64,000 bases of DNA. Origin: Candidatus Woesearchaeota archaeon. Lineage in GTDB: Archaea; Nanobdellota; Nanobdellia; Woesearchaeales; UBA10216. The notes beneath the pieces were generated by a model, which did no database searches, was not told where the DNA came from, and saw only the letters and a list, made by a program, of their open reading frames with translations. This document shows, one piece after another, positions 17,841 to 24,655 of this stretch. A program made the position numbers and the translations under genes. The stretch is from contig JACPBS010000004.1 of assembly GCA_016180195.1 (NCBI GenBank), positions 17,485 to 81,484 of the forward strand, in the 5' to 3' direction. Within the stretch, counting starts at the first letter, position 1. Each line of letters opens with the position of its first letter.

Positions 17841-18057
17841 ATGTTGTGTCAAGTACCCCGGGCTAAAGCCCAGGGCGTGTTCTTGAGCACACAAATCAAG
17901 CTTTGCTTGATTGTGCCCATTTGAGCTATGCTCAAATTGGGTCTCAGAAATTGTCAAGCTTTGCTTGATTGTGCCCATTTGAGCTATGCTCAAATTGGGT
18001 CTCAGAAATTGCTCGTCCTTACTGCGCACTAAAGTGCCACAGATTACGTCGAGAGCA
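17841..18057 (+). repeat. Hairpin-rich intergenic repeat, family A copy 1 (contains a perfect 58-bp tandem duplication, 17896-17953 / 17954-18011)
   Basis: About 150 bp near-identical to 40241..40405. Built from consecutive palindromes: GGGCTaaAGCCC, AATCAAGCtttGCTTGATT, CCCATTTGAGCtatGCTCAAATTGGG, GCACTaaAGTGC. Confidence 0.85.
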
Positions 18058-18113
18058 ATTTCTGACATTTCAATTCTGAATTTTCCCATCAATTCCACAA
18101 CAGTATTAAGGAT

Positions 18114-19481
18114 GTGAAACATTTATCTTTTTGCATGGCAAGTTTTGGTATCGATACAATCATCAGGCGTTATTATCCATTTGCTCTTGGCGCTCTTGTT
18201 TTTATCATGTCCAATTGCTCCCCTTATAAGCAATTAACTCCTGTTTCTTCAGCTGTGGAAAACTACACCGTACCGCCTGCTAATACAGTTCCAAGCGAGA
18301 CCCCAACTCCTTTTTACTCTCTTTTTGCACCTTTTCTTTTTGATGGACCCCCTTCACCTACATCTACTCCGGAGAAAAAGCTCGTTTTTTCCCCCCAGTT
18401 TTATAACGGAAGCAGGCACGTCACGCCCACGGTTACACCTTCAATTACACCAAAACCTGTTCCGCCAACACCAACACAAGCTCCAAGCCTTTGTTATGAC
18501 ATGAATGGAAAAAGCCCTTCTGAGAAATCTGAATACCTTGTTAAGCTGTCCTCTCCTGTCGAATTCAACCAGAAGAGGGTTGGGATGAACCACAACTTTC
18601 GTGCCCCGACAGGGGGTTTCAACCCATTACATCAGGGCGCTCCAAATTCGGGGTGGGCAAGGTTTGTTTTCATCGTCAATGAGGGTAACCTGGATGAGGC
18701 TTTTGGTTTTTATGACCTGTATTTTTATGATTTGGCAATATTCAGGATAAAGCCGCTGGTTGTATTCAATACCCAGTCGCATATAAGCAACTATTGGTCT
18801 CACCTTAATTCCAAAGCTGAGTGGGATGAGTATGTTGCCGGCTACACAGATCAGCTTGGAAAACTTCTTGACAGGTATGGGTATGCAATAGCAGGAATTG
18901 AGCTGGGGAATGAGAATGATTTCCATAGTTCATACATCCCGCCTGAGAGGTATGCTGCCCTGCTCAAGAGCGCATCTGCAAAGATTGATGATTTTAACTC
19001 AAGAAAATCTTCGCGTATTTTGAAGATTTCAGGAGGCCTGGTAACCGGCTCGAGTGCTTTGGAATATCTTATGCATGTGAGGGATGCAATTGGCGGAGAT
19101 TTGCCTGTTGACGTAATTGCATACCATCTTTATGGGTACAGGATTGATGGTTACAATTTTAAATATCCTGAATGGGGATGGAATGGTTCGCCTGAAAGCG
19201 TGAATTCGATCCTGGATTCCTTTAGGAATGCGGGGTTTAGAGAGCCTTTCATGATAACTGAGGCTGGCATCCAGGAAAAGAATCCGGCAAGGCAAAAGGA
19301 CAGGGCAGATTGGTATGATGCCCTGGCAAGATACCTGTTCGAGTATAGAAATGATGTGGACTCTCTGATTTTTTTCGCAGGCTCGGACATTAATGAGGAC
19401 GGGTTTGGCTTTGTAGACACAGCATGCAATGTGTACAGGGAAATGTGGGATGGTTATCTTGGACTTTTAGAAAGGTATTGA
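18114..19481 (+). CDS. Secreted/lipid-anchored glycoside hydrolase, clan GH-A (GH5-like) TIM barrel with Pro/Thr-rich linker
   Basis: 455 aa. N-terminal hydrophobic segment with Cys (FIMSNCSP), PT-rich linker, acid/base-like motif GIELGNEND and nucleophile-like motif MITEAG. Confidence 0.5.
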   Translation: MKHLSFCMASFGIDTIIRRYYPFALGALVFIMSNCSPYKQLTPVSSAVENYTVPPANTVPSETPTPFYSLFAPFLFDGPPSPTSTPEKKLVFSPQFYNGSRHVTPTVTPSITPKPVPPTPTQAPSLCYDMNGKSPSEKSEYLVKLSSPVEFNQKRVGMNHNFRAPTGGFNPLHQGAPNSGWARFVFIVNEGNLDEAFGFYDLYFYDLAIFRIKPLVVFNTQSHISNYWSHLNSKAEWDEYVAGYTDQLGKLLDRYGYAIAGIELGNENDFHSSYIPPERYAALLKSASAKIDDFNSRKSSRILKISGGLVTGSSALEYLMHVRDAIGGDLPVDVIAYHLYGYRIDGYNFKYPEWGWNGSPESVNSILDSFRNAGFREPFMITEAGIQEKNPARQKDRADWYDALARYLFEYRNDVDSLIFFAGSDINEDGFGFVDTACNVYREMWDGYLGLLERY

Positions 19482-19484
19482 GTT

Positions 19485-20402
19485 TTAAGATTTCTCGAAG
19501 AAGCCTGCAAAATGCTGTGATTCTTGAACAGCCTTCTCAAGGTTTCCTGTTGCGAATATCTCAACAAGCGCAGATAGTTTTTTCAGTTGGGTCAGGTAAT
19601 CTCCATGTGCCTCGCTTGTTCTTTTGAGTTGCATTTCAAGCCCCTCATAAAAGCGGATTAAGCCATAATCATCCGTTTCTTTTATTGTCTCTTTGGGAAG
19701 CCTTCCATTTACAAACATACCTACTCTGGCATCGTAATCCATATTCAACGCTTCAGGATACAATGCATGCGTTTGTATCCTTCCATAGCCATCCCTGACT
19801 TGGATTGCCCATTGCCTGTTCCCATCAACTTTTTCATTTCTTTCTGCAGAAACAGCCTTGACATACATCTCAAGCATGGTTTCAGCCACGTTTTCAAATG
19901 CGTGGGCTCCATTCAATTGTGCACTTCTTGAAAAACACGATTGGTTGGCAAGTTTTCTTCCTGAACCTTCAATCGCGCCTCCGACAGCCTCAATAAAATA
20001 ATCGCAAAAATCAAGCGTGACCACCTCAAGGGGGTATTTTGCCTCGCCTATTTTCGGGAACAAAAAATGTTCGATACGTTCCCTTTTAGGTCCGGATATC
20101 ACCAGCTTTTGTGCCTCCAGGTATAGATTCATTTTCTTATAAATGCCCTTGATGCGTTTCGCAAATTGGGTTGGAGTCCTGATTGATCCCCAATGGCGCA
20201 TGCTAACTGCAGCTTCCGCTGTTATCCTGATGAACCCTGTTCCAGCGAGCAGGTAAGAGCCATCCGAAAAGACCTTTTGCCCAACTTCTATTTTAGACGG
20301 GTCGTTTACAAATATCACCCTACTGTCTGAAACCATAACTACTGAATCCAGGGATTTTCCATTATGCTGTATTGAGGCCTTCGATGCAATAACAATAGTC
20401 AT
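19485..20402 (-). CDS. Hypothetical protein (N-terminus MTIVIASKAS... weakly reminiscent of Ntn-hydrolase/proteasome-like Thr N-terminus)
   Basis: 305 aa. No firm motif. Convergent with the GH gene. Confidence 0.35.
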   Translation of the reverse strand: MTIVIASKASIQHNGKSLDSVVMVSDSRVIFVNDPSKIEVGQKVFSDGSYLLAGTGFIRITAEAAVSMRHWGSIRTPTQFAKRIKGIYKKMNLYLEAQKLVISGPKRERIEHFLFPKIGEAKYPLEVVTLDFCDYFIEAVGGAIEGSGRKLANQSCFSRSAQLNGAHAFENVAETMLEMYVKAVSAERNEKVDGNRQWAIQVRDGYGRIQTHALYPEALNMDYDARVGMFVNGRLPKETIKETDDYGLIRFYEGLEMQLKRTSEAHGDYLTQLKKLSALVEIFATGNLEKAVQESQHFAGFFEKS

Positions 20403-20533
20403 TAGCTATTTAGAAGTGGTGATTTTAATATAAATTTTGTTTTGGATTTTTTACGGCATTCATTTCCAAAAAAAAAGCATTGGGTCCATGAAACAGGGAA
20501 AATTTTTAAAGTTCAATCTTATTTTCGCTTTCT

Positions 20534-21463
20534 TTGATGGGTTTCAAAAACAGGGACATTATTTCTATAAGGGACTTTTCCAAGGCAGAGTTGTTGCACG
20601 TGCTTGATGTCGCGGCGGATATCGAGAGGAACGGAACAGGCTCTTTTTCGCAGCTGCTGAAGGGTAAAATCCTGGCCTCCCTTTTTTTTGAGCCTTCGAC
20701 AAGGACGCGGCTTAGTTTTGAGGCTTCAATGCACCGCTTGGGGGGAAGCGTTATCGGGTTTTCTGAGCCGGAGACAACATCTATCGTTAAAGGTGAGACT
20801 GCTCATGACACCATCAGGATTGTTGATGGTTATTGTGATATAATGGTAATGAGGCATCCTGAGTCAGGTTCTGCGACAAAAGCCGCCGAAGCAGCAAAAA
20901 ATCCTGTGATTAACGCGGGCGACGGTGCTAATGAGCACCCTACCCAGACATTTGTTGACCTGTATACGATTAGAAAAACAAAAGGTAGCCTTGAAAGGCT
21001 CAGTATAGGTTTCTTAGGGGATCTTAAGTATGGACGGACTGTTCACAGTCTTTCCCACGCACTGTCTCACTTCAGTCCTGATTTGTATTTCATTTCACCC
21101 GAATCATTGGCTCTGCCTGATAGGCTCATAAGGGAGCTTGAATCATCCAGGATCAAGATTGTGGAGGAGGAGAACCTTTCAAGGGTCAGTAGGCAGCTTG
21201 ACATACTTTATGTTACCCGTATCCAGAAGGAACGGTTCCTTGATGAGGGGGAGTATGCAAAGGTCAAGGGATTTTACAAGCTCGACAAGGAATTCCTGAA
21301 ATCTGCAAAGCCGGACTTGAAGATTCTCCATCCCCTTCCAAGGGTGGATGAGATCAATCCGCGTCTTGATTCAGAGAAGCAAAGCATTTACTTTGAGCAG
21401 GCACATAATGGAATCCCTGTAAGAATGGCCCTGCTTGGTTTGGTATTGGGCTGCTTCGAATAA
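20534..21463 (+). CDS. pyrB: Aspartate carbamoyltransferase catalytic subunit
   Basis: 309 aa. Has STRTR (FFEPSTRTRLSFE), HPTQ and HPLP motifs. Confidence 0.9.
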   Translation: MMGFKNRDIISIRDFSKAELLHVLDVAADIERNGTGSFSQLLKGKILASLFFEPSTRTRLSFEASMHRLGGSVIGFSEPETTSIVKGETAHDTIRIVDGYCDIMVMRHPESGSATKAAEAAKNPVINAGDGANEHPTQTFVDLYTIRKTKGSLERLSIGFLGDLKYGRTVHSLSHALSHFSPDLYFISPESLALPDRLIRELESSRIKIVEEENLSRVSRQLDILYVTRIQKERFLDEGEYAKVKGFYKLDKEFLKSAKPDLKILHPLPRVDEINPRLDSEKQSIYFEQAHNGIPVRMALLGLVLGCFE

Positions 21464-21502
21464 ATAACTTTATATATTATTTCCGGCTTTTTCTTTTTTT
21501 TA

Positions 21503-22567
21503 ATGGCTTATATTGAATTAGAGGACAAAACTAGGTTTGAAGGCTTCTCTTTTGGTGCAGATAACTCGGTTTCAGGCGAGGTAGTGTTCAACACTGGTAT
21601 GGTGGGATATCCGGAAAGCCTTACGGATCCCAGCTACAGGGGCCAGATTCTTGTTCTTACTTATCCTTTGGTTGGCAATTACGGTGTTCCCAGAAACGAT
21701 ATTGACCGGTTAGGAATTCCAAGGAATTTCGAGTCAGGAAAAATCCAGGTTAGCGGCCTTATTGCCGCGGATTATTCAGGCAACTATAGCCATTGGAACG
21801 CTGTGAAAAGCCTCTCGCAATGGCTGAATGAGGAAGGCATTCCTGCTTTGACCGGGATTGATACCCGTATGCTGACAAAGAAGCTTCGTGAAAAAGGGGT
21901 TATGCTTGGGAAGATCGTGAATTTCGGCGACGTGAAACTTGATGACCCTAATTTGAGGAATCTTGTGGATGAAGTTTCAGTTAGTGAAAAAATAACATAT
22001 AGCTGCGGCGGAAGAAAAAAAGTTCTTCTGGTTGACTGCGGCGCCAAGAACAACATAACAAGATGCCTGATAAAAAGAAACTGCGGGGTGATAAAAGTGC
22101 CCTGGGATTATGATTTTCTTGCGGATAAAGAGCTTGATTTCGACGGCATCGTGATAAGTAACGGCCCTGGAGACCCTAAGATGTGCAGGAAGACAATAAG
22201 AAATGTTTCAGCTGCGATGAAAAAGGAAATCCCGATATTCGGAATATGCCTTGGAAACCAGCTGCTTGCATTGGCAGCGGGCGGAGACACTTACAAGCTG
22301 AAGTACGGGCATAGGAGCCAGAACCAGCCATGCATAAATAAGGAGACCGGGCGCTGCTACATAACTTCGCAAAACCACGGGTTCGCTGTTGACATGAAAA
22401 CGATGCCATCTGGATGGGATGAATTTTTTGTGAATGGGAATGACGGAACAAACGAGGGAATGATGCATAAGGATAAGCCATTCATGTCTTGCCAGTTTCA
22501 CCCGGAAGCTTCCTGCGGTCCGGTTGATACGGAATTCCTTTTTGATGATTTTTTGAGGTTGCTATGA
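21503..22567 (+). CDS. carA: Carbamoyl-phosphate synthase small (glutaminase) subunit
   Basis: 354 aa. Type-1 glutamine amidotransferase catalytic Cys in GICLGNQLLALA. C-terminal HPE. Confidence 0.9.
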   Translation: MAYIELEDKTRFEGFSFGADNSVSGEVVFNTGMVGYPESLTDPSYRGQILVLTYPLVGNYGVPRNDIDRLGIPRNFESGKIQVSGLIAADYSGNYSHWNAVKSLSQWLNEEGIPALTGIDTRMLTKKLREKGVMLGKIVNFGDVKLDDPNLRNLVDEVSVSEKITYSCGGRKKVLLVDCGAKNNITRCLIKRNCGVIKVPWDYDFLADKELDFDGIVISNGPGDPKMCRKTIRNVSAAMKKEIPIFGICLGNQLLALAAGGDTYKLKYGHRSQNQPCINKETGRCYITSQNHGFAVDMKTMPSGWDEFFVNGNDGTNEGMMHKDKPFMSCQFHPEASCGPVDTEFLFDDFLRLL

Positions 22568-23337
22568 CAAGCATTGCGAGGCTTTACGAAAAGAACGCAT
22601 TTATGCTTCCACCAATGAAGAGTCTGATTAGGCAGAAAATAATGAAAGGCGACTTTGTTGTAGATGCAGGTTGTGGAACTGGAGTGTATTCCGATATTCT
22701 AAGGAAGAAAGTGGGAGAACGAGGCAAGCTACTTGCAGTTGACAGGGACAAATCAATGGTTCAGTATTGCAAAAAGAAGCATCCAGACGTCGAAACTAAG
22801 CAGTTGGAAATAGAAAAACTGTCAAGGATTGTTAAAAACGCGGATGTTGTTTTTGCGAGCCTCGTCCTTCAGTTTTCAAGGCCCGAAGCAATAGCTGAAA
22901 TTCGAAAGGTGCTTAAGAAAGGCGGGAAACTTATATTCTCAATACCTCTTTACAGGACGGGGATAAACATTGCTATTGACAAACAAACCAAAAATTTTAT
23001 GGATGAACTGATAAGCAGGATGAATGAACAGGCAAAAAACATCGGCTGCAATAAGAAGGTTGCAGTAGAATATTCAAACACCAGGGAACAGCAGTTAAGG
23101 AAACTTCTAAATAAGAGCAGGTTTCGGATTTTGGAGTGGGTTGTTGTTCCGGTTGAGAAATCTGATTTCAATTTCATGAAAGAGTATTATAAGATTCCCT
23201 GGAGAAGCAGGAAAATGCTGGATCTTCCGTTCAGGTTAAGGTACAAGATTATTACTGATGCAATGAAGCTTGCTTTCAAAAAATATCCCAAATTCATGAT
23301 AACCCGTTATTATTTGTTTGGAGTTGCCCAAAAATGA
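22564..23337 (+). CDS. Class I SAM-dependent methyltransferase (Methyltransf_11-like)
   Basis: 257 aa. Motif I VVDAGCGTGVYS. Inserted between carA and carB. Confidence 0.6.
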   Translation: MTSIARLYEKNAFMLPPMKSLIRQKIMKGDFVVDAGCGTGVYSDILRKKVGERGKLLAVDRDKSMVQYCKKKHPDVETKQLEIEKLSRIVKNADVVFASLVLQFSRPEAIAEIRKVLKKGGKLIFSIPLYRTGINIAIDKQTKNFMDELISRMNEQAKNIGCNKKVAVEYSNTREQQLRKLLNKSRFRILEWVVVPVEKSDFNFMKEYYKIPWRSRKMLDLPFRLRYKIITDAMKLAFKKYPKFMITRYYLFGVAQK

Positions 23338-23843
23338 GTGAGGAAATGATTGATGTTGTGGATGATGAAGATAATATTGTCGGGATAGCTGATAGGGGAA
23401 AAATAATTGAAAAGGGTTTAACCCACAGGACATCATTTGTCATAGTTCTTGATCATTTCAAGAGGTTCCTCATCCAGAAAAGGTCGAGTTCAAAGAAGAT
23501 ATTTCCTGGATGCCGGGATTTGGGTGCTGCGGAAACCGTGTCAAGCGGTGAGTCTTACGAGCATGCTGCAATAAGGGCTTTGGAAGAGGAGCTTGGGATA
23601 AAAGGGTATACTGTGAATGAATTAACTATGCTTTTCGAAGTGAGATTCAGGTCCCCTTCTTACAGAACAAATACGCGGGTTTTCAAGCTGATGTACACCG
23701 GCCGAATAAGTATCCAGACAGACGAGGTGGATGAAATAAGGAATGCAAGCTGTTCTGAAATAGACGATCTGATTTCCAAAGGTGTTTTTGCGCCTGATGG
23801 TGCATTGATATTCAAAAGGATCCAAAATGGAAGAATTGATTGA
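23334..23843 (+). CDS. Nudix hydrolase (paralog 1)
   Basis: 169 aa. Degenerate Nudix box GESYEHAAIRALEEELGI. Confidence 0.65.
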   Translation: MSEEMIDVVDDEDNIVGIADRGKIIEKGLTHRTSFVIVLDHFKRFLIQKRSSSKKIFPGCRDLGAAETVSSGESYEHAAIRALEEELGIKGYTVNELTMLFEVRFRSPSYRTNTRVFKLMYTGRISIQTDEVDEIRNASCSEIDDLISKGVFAPDGALIFKRIQNGRID

Positions 23844-23872
23844 TTTTGTGGATGAAATAGTTAAGCTTTCAG
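23827..23872 (+). pseudogene. Truncated 5' fragment of a third Nudix paralog, interrupted by repeat B1
   Basis: Encodes MEELIDFVDEIVKLSG, homologous to the N-termini MSEEMIDVVDDEDNIV and MEEMVDIVDEKDKV of the flanking Nudix genes. Overlaps the stop of Nudix 1 in operon fashion, then runs into the repeat at about 23873. Confidence 0.35.
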
Positions 23873-24100
23873 GTAACAAAAATCCGCCGCTCGGAGCTAT
23901 CCTCTCACTTCAATGGCGGATCCCAATTCGAACAGAGTTCAAATGGGCCAAATCACAAAGTGATTTGGGTTTTGGAACAATACACAAATTGAGCAAAGCT
24001 CAATTGTGCCCAATCGCAAAACGATTTGGGAATTTCGCCCTAAAGGGCGGAATTTCGCCCTAAAGGGCGGGGCTTTGAACCCAAGGCGAAATTTATTTGT
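23873..24100 (+). repeat. Hairpin-rich intergenic repeat, family B copy 1 (contains 20-bp tandem duplication 24031-24050 / 24051-24070)
   Basis: Palindromes ATCCGCC...GGCGGAT, CCAAATCACaaaGTGATTTGG, ATTGAGCaaaGCTCAAT, CCCAATCGcaaaaCGATTTGGG, CGCCCtaaaGGGCG. Shares a 28-nt block with 33623-33648 and a 30-nt block (inverted) with 39543-39572. Confidence 0.8.
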
Positions 24101-24160
24101 AAGGAGAATTTTACTCCCGATGGATTTTATTGAAAAATATTTTGGAAAAGGTGATGTGGA

Positions 24161-24655
24161 ATGGAGGAAATGGTTGACATAGTGGATGAGAAAGATAAGG
24201 TTATTAGTACCACAACAAAGAGGGAAATGGTTGAGAACGCGCTGCTTCACAGGGCGGCCAGGGTGGTATTGCTGAACAGCAAGGGAGAGGTTCTGGTCCA
24301 GAAGCGTTCTGAAAAGAAGAAAGTCTATCCGGGATGCTGGGATATTGGCGTTGCCGAAACCGTGCAGTCAGGCGAAAGCTTTGAGGAAGCCGCAACAAGG
24401 GGCTTGAACGAGGAGATGGGAGTCTCGGATGTTATCGGCGACTTCCTTTTCAAGACAAAATTCCTGTCAAAGGACAACAACGTCATCTACAAGGTTTTCG
24501 AGGCTTTTTATGACGGGGACGTGAAGGTTCAGGAGGAAGAGGTTGACGAGGCAAGGTTTGTGCCATTGGATGGTGCGATAAGCATTGCCAATCTGGAGAA
24601 ATTTTCGCCAACAGGGAAATTTATCCTGGATAAGTATGTTGAAATGAAAAGATGA
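24161..24655 (+). CDS. Nudix hydrolase (paralog 2)
   Basis: 164 aa. Nudix box GESFEEAATRGLNEEMGV (E-x7-R-x-U-x-EE-x-GU). Confidence 0.7.
   Translation: MEEMVDIVDEKDKVISTTTKREMVENALLHRAARVVLLNSKGEVLVQKRSEKKKVYPGCWDIGVAETVQSGESFEEAATRGLNEEMGVSDVIGDFLFKTKFLSKDNNVIYKVFEAFYDGDVKVQEEEVDEARFVPLDGAISIANLEKFSPTGKFILDKYVEMKR

Noticed and set aside
17841-18057. Possible CRISPR array suggested by tandem identical units and palindromes
   Set aside because: There are only two directly abutting identical units with no spacers. No cas genes are present. The palindromes belong to a dispersed repeat family.
23334-24655. Calling the two Nudix genes isopentenyl-diphosphate isomerase (IDI type 1)
   Set aside because: Overall layout resembles IDI-1, but the metal-binding His/Cys/Glu residues of IDI could not be confidently aligned by eye. 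A generic Nudix hydrolase call is kept.
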